DNA of 64,000 nt, taken from positions 3,224,001 through 3,288,000 of the forward strand of contig OZ218954.1 of assembly GCA_965112735.1 (NCBI GenBank), in the 5' to 3' direction. Origin of the DNA: Phaeosaccion multiseriatum. Lineage: Eukaryota > Protista > Ochrophyta, other classes. Under the pieces are notes generated by a model. The model worked only from the letters and a program-made list of their open reading frames with translations, was not told where the DNA came from and ran no database searches. Position numbers and translations under genes: made by a program. Positions 41,853 to 56,961 of this stretch are shown here, one piece after another (position 1 is the stretch's first letter; each line of letters begins with the position of its first letter).

Positions 41853-43205
41853 ACACACGCACACCCTTTGTAACAGCCCCTGCCCGCAGAGGAGTCAGCG
41901 TTCTTCGAGCTACTGCGCGCGTACTTCCCCCACGTGTACGACATCAAGCACATGATGACCACGAGCGACGGCTTCCACGGGGGGCTCAACAAGTTGGGAG
42001 ACGACTTCAAGGTATCGTACCATCCGTACCACGCGACATGTCAATGATTGGTGTAGGGAGTAAGGGAGTGAGGGAAGGAAAAGGGAGGGAGGGAGTGGTG
42101 AGGAGGATGGGATTGCCCCCTTCTGCTCTCCCTGTTCCTTAATCTCCCCCGTTTACACACACACACACACACACATACATACACACGCACGTACAGGTGG
42201 AGCGTATCGGGCAGATGCACCAGGCTGGCAGCGACTCCCTCCTCACAGACCAAGTCTTCTTCGAGATGATCAAGGTGTGGCTTGTATAGTGCCATGTACT
42301 GCCGTCTACTGCTGCTATCGCAAGGACGGGCTCTTACTGATATCACCATCTCGCTCTTCTCCTCTTCTTCTCCCTCTCTGCTCCCCTCCTTCTTTTCTAC
42401 CTGTCTTCATTTCTCCTCCTCTCCCTCTCTGCTATTCGCCTCCTCCCCCCCCCCTTTCTACTTTTGTGCTGATGTTCTCCTTCTCCCTCTCTGCCATTCT
42501 CCTCCTCGTCTCCCTCTCTGCTCTTCTCCTCCTTCTCTTCTTCCTCTCTTCCCCTCTCACTCTCCTCTCCTCCACCACTACCTCCTCCTCCGCCCCCTCC
42601 GCCCCCTCCTCCTCCTCCTCCGCCCCCTCCTCCTCCTCCTCCTCCTCCTCCTCCTCCTCCTCCTCCTCCTCTCGTACCTACCTCTCTGCAGGTGCACTTC
42701 TCGGCGGATGCAACGTCCGACACAGTGCGGAACTTCAGCGGGGAGCTCTACGGATACGGAGCAAACTCCAATGCATTTGGGTGGGTGTGTTTGTGTTTGT
42801 GCATGCGTGTGTGTGTGTGTGTGTCTTTACGTGTGTGCAAGTGTGTGTCTCTCTGCGTGTGTGTGCGTAGGTAGAAGCTTCTCATAAACCGCCCCCTTCT
42901 TATCTACCGGCCATGGTATACGTTGTGTGTGCGTGTGCTTCTCGTCCTACATCACGTGCAGTCGACCAAAGCACACGAGTGCTAGCAACGGCTTCAGCGG
43001 AGGAGCGTCTGGGGCAACAGGGGCAGCACCAGGAGCAGCGGCGGCAGCGGCGACGGGCTCATCAGCGGCTCTGGCAGCAGGGAGTAGTGGTGGGGCTGTG
43101 GTGAATGCGAGCGTGAACGGAGAGGCAGGCAATGGGCTGGTTCTGGGAAGCTTCGCCGCGGGAGATCACGAAGCGGATGAGGACACCGAGTCCTCAGCGT
43201 TTTGA
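39478..43205 (+). CDS. CAF1: CCR4-NOT deadenylase subunit CAF1/POP2 (CNOT7/8), 10 exons
   Basis: [14 protein letters not shown]…IAM|[11 protein letters not shown]…[14 protein letters not shown]…WQFNFKF…[15 protein letters not shown]…[10 protein letters not shown]. Exon 1 (39478-39553, phase-1 GTGAGT) is inferred by frame match to the acceptor at 40021. Confidence 0.95.
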
Positions 43206-43890
43206 GCCCTGTTGTTTAGCCCGCCCCTTGGGTTCTTCGGTCTCTTCTCTCTCTCCCATCTTAGAGAGAAAGAGAGCGCCTACCAGCTTTTAAGCAAGCC
43301 CAACCGAATTGAGGCATATGGGACGGGTGCGGGACAGCCGCCAGCAGGTGGAAAGGCGGCAAGGAGACGCGTGGGGGGGGGGGCGCTGCGACTGGGCCGA
43401 ATATAATCTTTTAATCTTTTTGGTTTTTTTTTTTTTGGAGTGATTTTGTGTTTTTGTGTGGTGTTTTATTTATTGTTTGCGCAGGTAGGCGTGTTGTACT
43501 CTACTCCGTGATAGCGTCGCCATTTGAGGTTTTCTCTTTTCTCTTTTCTTCAACCACGAGCCTCTTCCCTTATACCACCACAGCAATCTAGCGAAATGAC
43601 ACTCTACTACGGCTGCTATGAATTCTGCAAGGGCATAGGAGCTGGAGCTGCTGTGCTGCGCGGTGTTGAGCCGGAAACAGGGATCGAACTCTTTTTTGTC
43701 GTGTCGTGTTTATTGCGAGATTTTGGTGGTGGTCTAAGTGCCCTTCGTCACAGAGAGCGCCAAAGCCCACCGCATATATAGAGAAGCTCAAGTCGCCGGA
43801 GCTCTTCGACAGAAGGAGAGTGGGAAGCACCGTCGAGAAGGAGCACACTTGACTTTGTGGTGAGGGGAAGAGGTGTCGCGAGAGAGAGAA

Positions 43891-46800
43891 ATGAAGAGTC
43901 CGGCGAGAGCCCTTGCGGCGGGTTGCCTTGTGCTCCCCATCCTCCTGCTCAATGCCTCTCGCCAAGACTGGATCAACGCGGGCACAGCTACGCTCCAAGA
44001 GCTCATCGACGCTCAGTATGATCAAAACACAGACCAAGCCAGGAACGTTGTACTCTTCGTCGGCGATGGGGCGGGCCCAAACACTCTGTATGCAGCGCGC
44101 CTGTACAAGGGGCAGCAGAACGGAAACTACGGCGACGAGGAGGTGCTTGCGATGGAAGCGCTGCCCAATCTTGCCATGGCCAAGGTAAGAGGAGCGAGAC
44201 ATAAGTGAGGGTCCTTTCGCCAACCCACGCCCCCCATTGCTGAGAGAGAGAGAGAGAACGAAAGAAAGAAAGAAAGAAAGAGATGAGGCGGGGGAGACTT
44301 GCGTCCTTTATCCCCGAAGCCCACCCTCTCCCCTCATTGCATAGAGAGAGAGCACAAGGCCACAAAAGCCAGGGAGATGAGAGCCCTTTCACCCACCACC
44401 TATGCTCATGACTGCTGACTACCCTCCCACCTCCCCCTCTAAGGTGTACAACACCAATGCCCAGTCCCCAGACTCTGCCGGAACCGCCTCGGCCATGATG
44501 ACCGGTGTCAAGACCAAGTCCTCCGTCATCGGCGTGGACGAAAGCGTCGTGCGAGGCAATTGCCAAACCTTGGCGGGGGCTACCATGCCCAAGTTTGCAC
44601 AGTATGCCAAAGCTCGTGGGATGAAGGTGAGTCGGTGTGCGAGCAGGCAGACTATACACCTGTCCCTCTCACTCCCTCCCCTTTCCTTCCCCTCCCCTCC
44701 CTTCCCTTCCCTTCCCCTCCCGTCCCCTCCCCTCCCCTCCCCTCCCATGCTCAGGTCGGTCTCATCTCCAATGTACGCCTAACCCACGCCACTCCTGCCT
44801 CTGTCTACGCCTCCACCGTCGACCGCAACTACGAGTCTTTCGTACCCCAACAGTGCAGGGGGCTTCAAACCGACCATGCTACTCAGCTGATTGAAGCCAT
44901 GATTGGCCAAGGAGATTTCGTTGACTTCGCCATGGGAGGAGGGAGGAGTGTGTTTCAGCCGAGTTCGAACAGGCAGAATGTCCGTGGTGGTGGGGGTGGT
45001 TTGGGTGGTCGGCCCGACGGGGTTGACTTGGTGCAGCGGTTCCGAAACGTGAGTGGGCGTGAGAGAGAGGGGTGGTAGAGAGGGGAGAGGGGGGGAGGGG
45101 GGGGGGGGAATGAGACAGGCATAATTGCTTTCTTACCCTTTCTTACCCTTCCCTTGCACTTAGCCTCACCCTCACCCTCAGACATAACCCTTACCCGAAC
45201 ACCTCACCCCTCACCCCTCACCCCCCACCCCTCACCCCTCATCCCTCACCCCTCACCCCTCACCCCTCAACTCTCACCCCTCACCACTCACCCTCACACT
45301 CACCCTCACGCTCACCCTCACACTCACCCTCACCCTCACCCTTCCCCTCCCCCTGCAACCAACCCATTTATGCTTTGTCCGTAGTCTGCTGACCACAGCA
45401 CCCAGTACGCGTCAGACACGGCGAGTTTCAATGCCCTGGACCTGAGCGCTGGAGGCAAGATCCTCGGGCTCTTTGCAGACAACGAATTGGCCTACAACAA
45501 GGACAGCGTGGAGGCGAACGAGCCTTCTCTCGCGGACATGACGGAGGCTGCCATCACCTTCCTCGGTAACAACAACAACAACAACAACGATAACGACAGC
45601 AACGACGATGATGGCTCTGGCGGGGATGGCTTCTTCCTGCTTGTAGAAGGAGGCCACATCGACATCGCCAACCACGCCGGCAACCTGCAGGCGGCTGTAA
45701 CCGACACTATGGCCTACGAAGAGGCCTTCATCAGGGCCCAAGGCTTGACCTCTACGCGAGACACGCTGCTCATCTCCACTGCCGATCACGCCTCCTCCCT
45801 CGTTCTCAATGGGTATTGCGGGCGAGGAAGCGACATCTTAGGGCTCTGCATGGACATTGACGGTTCTGGCGAGGCGGCCTCGCAGCAATCGGCGGTGGCA
45901 CTGGACGATAGACCGTACACAGTGGTCACTTACGGAAGGTACGTAATGCTTACGGAAGGTCCGTCGTACTTTCAATCTCTCTATCTATCTCTCTATCTAT
46001 CTAGTTACCAGACCAGACCGGACCGGAAAGTTAGATTATCTCTCCCTTGTTAGTGGATGTCCCCTAGACGTCCTGCTCTGCTTCGCTGTGTCACTAACTA
46101 CTACTACTTCTGCTGCTGCTGCTGCTGCTGCTCTTCTCTATTCTACAATAGCGGCCCGGGCTCCATTCTGCTCAGGAGCGGTCCCAACAGGCTGGCGAGG
46201 GATGGCACCAGACAGACCGTGACCGCCGCCACTGCTTCGGGCGATGACTACATCAGAGAGGCGCTGTTGCCCTTCGCCAGGGAAACGCACTCTGGGGTTG
46301 GTGAGTTTTGAGAGAGAAGGAGAGGGGCAGAGAGAGAGGGAGAGTGAGAGGGAGGGAGGGAGGGAGGGAGAGGGGGAGAGAGTGAGAAGGAGAAGGAGAG
46401 AGGGAGGAAGGGAGGGAGGGAGAGTGAGAGGGAGGAGGGAGGGAGGGAGGGAGGGAGGGAGAGTGAGAAGGAGGAGGGAGGGAGGGAGGGAGGGAGGGAG
46501 AGGGGGAGAGAGTGAGAAGGAGAAGGAGAGGGGGAGGGAGGGAGGGAGGGAGAGGGAGTGGAAAGGAGAAGGAGAGAGAGAGGGAATAGTATGGAGTAGG
46601 GAAGGGGTTGCTTTTCTCGCTGTCGTCATCCATCCTCCTTCGGCTCGAATCATCTTTTCTGTGGGCCCTGGACATGGTTATCTGATTACCATATTGATAA
46701 TGGCCGGCGACAGGTCTGATTATTGATTATGGTCGGCACCAGCCCGCCTGACTATTGACTATGGCGGGCGCCAGGCCTGAGTATTGAAGGGCGTTGTGCC

Positions 46801-47034
46801 TACTCCTTTCCCCTCTCTTCTCTCTTCCTTCTCTCCCACCGCCAGCCCCCGTTCCTTAACTCTTTCTCCTCCCACTCCTACACCCATTGCACCCCGTCAG
46901 ATGTGGCGATCTATGCTTCTGGTCCCTGGTCCCACCTCTTCAAGGGCACCATGGAGCAGACGATGGTCTTCTACGTCATGATGAAGGCCATCAGTGAGAC
47001 GGAAACAACGGTGGCAACAGCAGCGGCGCCTTAG
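43891..47034 (+). CDS. Secreted PhoA-family alkaline phosphatase (6 exons)
   Basis: NVVLFVGDG, active-site PDSAGTASA, THATPA, GFFLLVEGGHIDIANH, TADH, ETHSGVDVAIYASGP; hydrophobic N-terminus. Confidence 0.93.
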
Positions 47035-47653
47035 GACGCAAGGCTACTCACTAGCGAGAGTGCTTGAGGACTTTAGCAACGCCTTTATCGCAGTGTGGGG
47101 GTCTGGCAGGCAGGCGGGGGAGAATCGAGGAGAAAGGGAGGTAGAGGTATGCAGGCATGTGGGCAGGCAGGCAGTGGGTGCATGGGGGAGGACAAGCAGG
47201 TTGCTGTTGTTCACTACTGCACCTACCACCTACGTGTATGAAAAGTATCGATGAGTCGAGGAGGAAAACCGAGAGAACCGAAGAGAAGAGGGCAAATGTG
47301 AATTTGAGTTGAAGATAAACGGATCTCTTGCAGCTCCTCAGTCACATATGCATACACCACGCGACAGCAGCCGCCGTAAGGCGTAGCCAACCCCAGAGAC
47401 GGAGGTCGTTTGAAGCTGTTTCTATACTGAAGAGGGGGGGGGGGGGGGTGGAGAGGGGGAGGGGAAGGTATTGTGCACGACAATCGTCAAAAACATTCCT
47501 TCCTCAAACGTCGAAGCTACGGAGCTCCCAACCTCGAGCATCCGAGCATTACTGCTACCGTTGTTGAACGAGAGAAAGGCTAGGGATAGAGAGCTGCAGG
47601 GGTTGGAACCAGGAAATTGCGTCCTCTTCTTCTTTGCTGCCTGAGAGAGCACC

Positions 47654-48355
47654 ATGTGGGGAAATCTGGCCGGCAACTTGGCCGCCAAGGTGAGCAAGTT
47701 TGCGGATGACTTGGAGAGCTCGGTGGACCAAGCCATCGCGCAGGGAGGGCCGAAGGTGGCGACAGCTGCAGGGGCCGTGGCAGCCGCAGCAGCTGTGGCT
47801 GCAGGGGGGGAAGAGCTGCTAACTGGCGACAGTGTCAATGATGAAGGGCAAGAACGACACGAGCGAGGAAGCGGCAGCATCTTCGACAAGGAATGGAGCG
47901 AGAGCGTTGGGTACAGTGTCGTGGGAGGAGGAGGAGAAGGAGAAGGGTCACCAGCACCAGCAAAAGCACCGGTAGACGACCCAGCGGATGGCTCGTCTTC
48001 TTGGTCTTCTTCCTCTGCTGCTGCTGCTGCTGCTGGTGCTACTACTGCTGCTGCTACTACCCCGAAAGAGAGCAAGGAGGTCAGAGAGGAGAAGCGAAGG
48101 GCGCGGAGGGAGAAGCTCCAGCAGCGACGAGCAGAGAAGCAGCAGCAGAAGACGAAGTCTGCGGTGAAGCTTGGAGGGGGGCCTTCAAGCGCCACTTCCG
48201 CCTCCTCCTCCTCCTCCCCGCGATCGTCCTCGTCCACACCACCCCCCCCCTCCTCTGCCGCCGTCAGTAGCCCATGTGCTGGAGTGGAGGTTTCATCAGC
48301 GCTGCCGAGCACGTTGGGTGGAGACGAGATGGAGACGGAGACGACCTCCGTCGAG

Positions 48356-48390
<35 letters not shown>

Positions 48391-51328
48391 GGGAGCGCAG
48401 CAACAGGAGCAGCAGGATCAGCAGCAGTGGCAAGGGCAAGACGATGATTCACTGCCGTTGTCAGAGAGGCAGGCTGCTCATTTGCAAGATTTGCAAGCAG
48501 CAACAGCAGCAGGGGCAGGAGCAGCAGGTGCAGCCGCAGCAGGTGCAGCAGCAGGGTCGGATGATGATGCTTATGATGAAGCAGCGAGCGGCCGCGGTGG
48601 CGGGGGAGGGCTGGTGGTGGCAGAAGAGGGATGGGGGGACGACACTGCAGATGTCGACGACATTTTGGGCTTGGGAGATGAGGACGGTGAGGAGGCCAAT
48701 GACGGAGGCCTGGCGACTGGCGACGATGCGCCAGGGGATGATAGAGCTGGTGGAGCTGCTTCTGCGGCCCCTTTGGGGCTACCAAGGGAGGGGGGTGGGG
48801 GGGGTGGAGATGATGCCGCTGCTGATGATGCTAGTGACGGGGCCCAAGCGCAGAAGGGGATGCATCAAGAAGACGACGAAGAAGAAGAAGAAGAAGATGA
48901 GGAAGGAGGAGGAGGAGGAGGAGGAGGAGGAGGAGGAGGAGGAGGAGAAGAAGAAGAAGGACAACCGAAAGAAGAGGAAGGAGAAGCAGGAGCAGAAGAG
49001 AAGGGCGAGGACACGGACGGGGCGGCGGCTCACAAGGCAGAAATCGGTCAAGAGGACGACGGAGGAGGCAGAGGGGAGAGTATGGATTTCGATCCGACCA
49101 ACACTCTAGTGAGCAAGGGTATTGAGCCGCAGCAGCAGGGGGAGGAGGAGGAGGAGGAGGAGGAGGAGGAGGAGGAGGAGGAGGAGGAGGAGGAGGAGGA
49201 GGAGGAGGAGGAGGGTGGGGTGGAGAAGGGGCTTGAGGGGGGCAACTTGGCTGTCCAAGGAGAGGCTGGAGAGATTCACAGATCCGCAGAGCCTCTTGGG
49301 GTGCAGAACGGGGTGGGAGACGAAGACACGGGGAGGGAGGAGGAGGAGGAAGAGCACAGCGATAGAGGGAGCATGGATGGGGAGGAACAGTCATCAGCGA
49401 GAGGCGACGCTGGCTTAGGAGAAGATGATGGCGGAGATGGGGTGGCAGGGGTGGCTCGGAGGGATGGAGAGGAGGAGGAGGAGCAGGAGGAGGCCGTGAC
49501 TGAAGGGGATGGAAAGCATGTGGTGGTGGAGGAGCAGCAGGAGGTGGTGGTGGTAGACGAGGGGGAAGAGGAGGTACTGGTGAAGGAAGAGGAGGGAGGG
49601 GAGGAGGAGGAGGAGGAGGAGGAAGAGGAATCTGAGGAATCGGAGGATGAGGATTCGGAGGAAGATGAGGAAGAGGGGGGGGGGGAGGGAGGGGGGTCCA
49701 GGGATATGCTGAGACGACAGTTACAAACGTCACAGGAGGCGTTGCGCGAGAGAGAGCGGCAGCTTGAGTCTGCCCACAGCACCATGGCACAGCTGCAGGG
49801 GCACATTGAGACCCTCGAGGCCGAGAACATCGCCGCTTGGGAGGAAGGAGGAGGTGGTGGTGGAGGAGGAGGAGGAGACGCTGCGCTTGCGGCAGAGAAC
49901 GCGGCGCTGAAGAAGAGGGTCAAAGCGCTGGAGGCGAGGGAGTCAGAGTGGAGCGAGAAGGATCAAGTTCTGGCGGCCTACATGGAGGAGGGGAAAGCTC
50001 TGGCCATCAAGCAGAGCCATATGGAGAAGTTGGTGAGGGAAGCGCGTGGGGAGCGTCGGACGCTGATGGACGAGAGGGATGGCTTGATCAAGGAGAAGGC
50101 GTTACTTGTGGACAAGGTGGAGGGATTGACTGTGCAACTCAAGGAGAAGGAGGGGCAGCGTATCACCACATCGCAGACTCTGTCCGCCATGCAAGCCGTC
50201 AGCCAAGCCTCATCTGTTAAGGTGCGATTGGGGGGGGGGATGGTAGTGGAGGGGATGGGAGGGGGAGGGAGGAGGTGAGGGATTACTTGTGTAGGGGGGG
50301 ATGGCAATGGATGGGGACAAGAGGGGATTTTCCTTTGCACACCCAAAGTTCTAGTGTCACTACCTCACTCACATTTGCAAGTCACACCCTCCTCCGTCAC
50401 TGTATCGATGTGCTTGCACCCCTCCCTCCCCTCCCTCCCTCCCTCCCTCTCTCCCTCCCTCCCTCCCTCCCTCCCTATCTCCCTCCCCTCCCTCCCTTCC
50501 TCCCTCCCTCCCTCCCTCCCTCCCTCTCTCCCTATCTCCCTCCCTCCCTCCCTCCCTCCCTCCCTTTATCGCCAACACACTTCCACGCCATAGGTGGGGA
50601 AGATTGACAAGGAGCTCGACAAAGCCCGTGAAGAGAGCATGGCCAAGGGCATCGCTCTTGAAAAGGCATGGGAGGAGGTGAAGGAGATGAGGAAGATCGT
50701 TGCCGAGTTGAGAGCGGAGAAAGACGCATTGGCAAGGAAGGTGAGAGGGAGATAAGAGGGAGGGCGGGAGAGGGAGGAGACAGAGAGAAAGAGGGAGAGG
50801 CGCCCCCCCCCAACCCTCATCCTCCTCCTCCTCCTCCTCCTCCTCCTCCTTTGTACCACCAACAGGTGCGCGAGGGAGGTGACCACGCAGACGTGGTGGA
50901 GTCCAAGCGACGCATGTTTGAGCAGGAGAAGAAGCTCCTCCTCGCCACTCACGAGCAGCTGCAGGACTCACTGCAGCGCACCATGCACGAGGCGGGCCTT
51001 AGAGAAGAGAGTCTCAAGGGGGAGGTGGCAGATATGCGGCGCCGATGGACCGACGCCGTGGAAAAGTGAGTGGAGTTGCAGTTTCAGTTTTTAGGTTCTT
51101 TTTTTCTTTTTTTCTTTTTGGACCCCCTCCTTTCTTTTGAGAGTCTGAGCAGGCTCGATATTAGTGTTCGACAAGATCGATGTTGGTGAGGGTACTACCA
51201 CAACTGAAACTGACATCTGAGTATCATCTGCTGGCCCCTGCTTGTGCGTGTTTTTGTCTCTTTGTGGCCAGGTCGGACTACATTCAGGCTAAAGCCCACG
51301 AGGGCGCCGCACCCATGCTGAGACAGGT

Positions 51329-51374
<46 letters not shown>

Positions 51375-52677
51375 AGAGAGAGGGAGAGAGAGGGGGGGGG
51401 GCGAGGGCGAGGAAGGACGTCTGGGTGTAGTGGTCGGAGGAGCTGTGTTGTTTGGTATTGTAAGATTCGGTTACACATACCCAAGGCCCCTCACAACCAA
51501 CCCACCCCCCCCTCAACACACACCCACACACCACCCCACACAGCTCAAGGCGCTGCAGGAGGAGCTTCGTGTGCGATCGGAGGCTGCATCAGACATGGAG
51601 GCCATCTTAGGGGAGAGAACCGTCAACGCGGAAACCGAGGCAAGGACCGCGGAGGTGGCTCGGCGGGCAGCAGAGACCAAATGTGCTGACGTCACTTCAC
51701 AGTTGGCGGCGACGGAGGCAGAGGTGCATAGTCTGCAGGAGAACTTGGCCGTGGCCAATGTCTCTCTCAAGACGCTCAAGATGGAGTGCAAGGCCCTGCA
51801 AGGGAAGGCGTTGCAGGCAGAGGCAGAGGCAGAGGCTGCCAAGGAAGCGGCCGCGAGGGCGACAGAGGTCGGGGAAGAGGCGATGGGCAAGCTGAGGGAC
51901 AAGCTTCAGCAGGCGGAGGCGAGCGAACGGGATATGAAGCGGAGAGGAGAGCAGCACGAGGTACAGCGCAAAGCTGAGTTTGCGGCGCTGAGGGTGCAGG
52001 TGGAGGAGACGAGGCGGCGGAGCCACGCCTTGGAGGAGGCTGCCTCTTCGCATGGGGGAGGAGTAGGAGGCTTAGGCCTAAGTCGCAGTAGTAGTAGTAG
52101 TGGTGGTGGTGGTGGTGGTGGTGGTGGTGGTGGTGGTGGTGGTCATCACAATCGCCATCAGAGGATGCTGTCACAGCACGACTACCTCACGGAGGCCTTG
52201 GGTGGTAGTGGTGGAGAGGGTGGTGACGCTGCTGCTTTTAGGGAGCGGAGGAACAGCAGCACCAGCAACACCAGCAATGGTAACAGCAACGGCACCACAC
52301 CTGGTGGAGGGGGGCACATGGTAACGTCTCTGGCCAGTGGAAACCCCTCCTTCGCCATGCTGGACCGACTACAGCAGGGGCTGAAGATGAAGGAGGGGGA
52401 GATTGCGAGTCTGCAGGGTAGACTGTCCTCGGCCGAAGAAACGAGAGACGCCCTCCTAGACGAAGTGGCCACACTTGGGCACCAACTGACCCAACTAGAG
52501 GCGGCGTTGGCTGGGCTGCCCCTGCTGAAGAGTCAAGTAGCGGAGCTGACGCAGAAGAATGACCTCTTGCTGGAGTTGCTCGGGGAGAAGGAGGAGGAGT
52601 TGGAGGAAACGGTGGCCGACGTACAGGAAACAAGGAGTATGTTCAGGGCCGCGCTGAACGAGATGCACCCTACCTAA
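47654..52677 (+). CDS. TMF1: TMF1/golgin-like coiled-coil protein (5 exons)
   Basis: YMEEGKALAIKQ (TMF_DNA_bd-like), APMLRQLKALQ, and C-terminal LKMKEGEIASLQ…LLELLGEKEEELEE…QETRSMFR (TMF_TATA_bd-like). Introns ~50222-50593, 50741-50865, 51066-51271, 51327-51543. Confidence 0.85.
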
Positions 52678-52910
52678 CGAGAGCGCCGTGTAGAGAGGGG
52701 TCGGTGTGTTAGTGTCTCAAGTTTCGGTTTCAGGTGTGTTAATACTTACCGGAGTTCCTTCGAATCAAACCAAAACCGACCCGACCAATGACTCGCCAAT
52801 CAAAGCGTCGTCCTCCACAGTGTCCACGGTGCTTTTATGCCCAACTGAGAGAGTCCTAGTTCCTCACTCCCTCTCATCCCTCCCTCCCTCCCCTGAGGTG
52901 GGCTTGGCAC

Positions 52911-54981
52911 TCAAAGCTTGGACAGGAGGTGGCCCCCGCCCTCCCTCTCGCCTTCGCCCTCCGGCTCGGCAGATATCGCGAAACTGTCGCCGCCGCACCC
53001 CCTTCTCGTCTCACTATTTCTGCTACCAGTACCACTAGTACTACCACCTCTGTCATTTGTGCTACTACTCCTACTATTTCTATGCCTCCTACTGCTACTA
53101 CTACTGCTACTACTACTGCTGCTACTACTACTACTACTACTACCATTCCTCCTACTAACCCCACTACTATTGCTACCACTACTTCCTGTCGTCCCTCTAC
53201 TGCTCCTCTTGCCCGAGTAGTAGAAGCGAGAAAACGCCTCCCCCGCTGCCTCCTCCCCTGCCGTGCATAGTCGACCAAATCGCTTCACAGCCTCTGCCCA
53301 GGGGATGACCTCGCCAGGCCGTTGTACCGGTATGCAATAAAAGATACCGTCTGCGCGTGCATGCGTGAAGCCGCTCTCCGGGTGAATCAGCTGCGGGACA
53401 GGAGAGAGTCAAACGGCAACAGCCGTTAGCATCGAGCTCCAGTGAGTGGAGTGGTTGGTCTGAGGAGACAGGGCGGGGGGTGGGGAGAAAGGAAGAAAGC
53501 GATACCCTGTAGCTGCCTAGAGGGTTGTAAAATGAAAAGTTAGTTGAAAGTTGAAACTGTCCGTGCTTTGAAAGCTGAAGCTGAAGCAGCTCATACCTGC
53601 GCTTCGACGTACACCTTCCTTCCGTCCACACGCTGCACTTTAGCTCGGAGCAGCATGGTGCTCCCGAGGGGAATGAAACGCTTGTACTGGACCTGACGGA
53701 GGAGAAGGAGGAGGAGGAGGAGGAGGAGGAGGAGGAGGAGGAGGAGAAGGGTGAGGAGGAGGAGGCGGGGGAAGAGGACGATGAGGATGAGGAAGAGAAG
53801 GATGAGGATGAGGAGGAGGAGGACGATGAGGATGAGAAGAAGAAGAAGAAGAAGAAGAAGAAGAAGAAGAAGAAGAAGAAGAAGAAGAAGGAGGAGGAGG
53901 AGGAGGAGGAGGAGGAGGAGGAGGAGGAGGAGGAGGAGGAGGAGGAGGAGGAGGAGGAGGAGGAGGAGGAGGAGGAGGAGGAGGAGGAGGAGGAGGAGGA
54001 GGAGGAGGAGGAGGAGGAGGAGGAGGAGGAGGAGGAGGAGGAGGAGGAGGAGGAGGAGGAGGAGGAGGAGGAGGAGGAGGAGGAGGAGGAGGAGGAGGAG
54101 GAGGAGGAGGAGGAAGAAGAAGGAACGACAACACTGACCTTGAGCTCTATGGTGGGGATGCCTCGCCGGGAGTAGCCAATGTGTCTCCACACGAGTGTGC
54201 CCAGCGCATCGTCCAGACACGTGGCAGTCGCTCCTCCGTGCACCGCACCTGGGTCGGTCCGAAGAGTGGGAAGAGCAGCAGCAGCGGGCGACATAGGAGC
54301 AGCGGCAGCAGGGGCAGCAGCAGCAGGGGCAGCAGCAGAGACGCAAGTAGTCAGTTGAAACAGTAGAGAAAGGCATTGACGCTGCACCACAGTACGTTGA
54401 AGTTCATTCGTAAGTGCACGCCTTTCTGTGGCGTAAGTAGAGACAATAGGATTAGGGCGTAGGTGGTCGCTGTCCATCACGGAGTCTCTTGTGAGCGTTG
54501 CTGGGTGTTTAAGGCGTCCCTGCCACCTGTCTCTCTCACCTGGCGGTCCTTCGCACTTGTGATTGAAGGCTACAGCTCCGACCATGGCCCGACTTGGTCC
54601 ATGCCACCACATCTGCGTGCGTATCTTACCCGCCATGAAGGAGTATCCTGTGTAGCCCATAGCAGTCGCGATGGCGGGGTCCACGGAGATCATGGGGAAG
54701 TCATGACCGAAGCCGGTCTGCACATAGCCTCCTCTCGTGACGAAGAAGCCGTCCTCATCGAACTCCCCTCTAACTGCAGGTGCCGCTTCTAGTCCTGCTG
54801 CTCCTGCTGCTGCTTCTGCAGCCTGTGCTGCTACAAAGGAGGAGTCCTCCTCGTTGGCAACAGAGGCCTCGCTTGTTGGGTGGGTTCCGCTGCTGCTGCT
54901 CCCGCTCGGCGACTCCAGGAGCACCTGTAGCCATGGTGGCGTAGCGAGCATTTCGGTGCTTTTATCCTCGCCCCCCCTCAT
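52911..54981 (-). CDS. Hotdog-fold acyl-CoA thioesterase (THEM4/PaaI-like) with C-terminal SKL
   Basis: CEGPP|GAVHGGATATCLDDALG…TIELK|VQYKRFIPL…VDGRKVYVEAQ|LIHPE…ARADGIF; the last exon reads through to …HLLSKL*. Confidence 0.85.
53698..54124. repeat. (GGA)n/(GAA)n tract filling thioesterase intron 2
   Basis: Almost the whole intron is pyrimidine repeat on the sense strand. Confidence 0.9.
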
Positions 54982-55430
54982 CGTCTCCAGCGTACTTGCG
55001 TGTGTGTGTTATGTATTTTGTGTTTTGCTCATCATTCATCATTCTGATCCTGGAGGACCAACACGGGAAGATCAACAGAAATCTCGGCTGCGAGGAAGGC
55101 CGCTGCTGCACAATGCGCCTGGCCTTGCTGATTGACGGCCCTTTGCCGCCCCCGACGGGACGCTCGCTCCTGGAGCCCTTCCACCCCCTTTTTTCACGCC
55201 GATGGAGGTCCCAAGCCTGCAACAGCTAGCGACTGTATTGACTACCCACACCTTCTCTCCTACTCGCATCGCCGCCTCTCACACGACCGCACCATGGAGA
55301 ACCAATACGGACCAAGAAGTCAAAGAAAAACTCGCGACCTGCGGGAGGCAGGACCGTCCGTGCGTGTGATAAAAATGACATTTGATTCAATACGTCTGTG
55401 TGATAAAACGATCTGAAATGCAAAAGGAGA

Positions 55431-56961
<1,531 letters not shown>

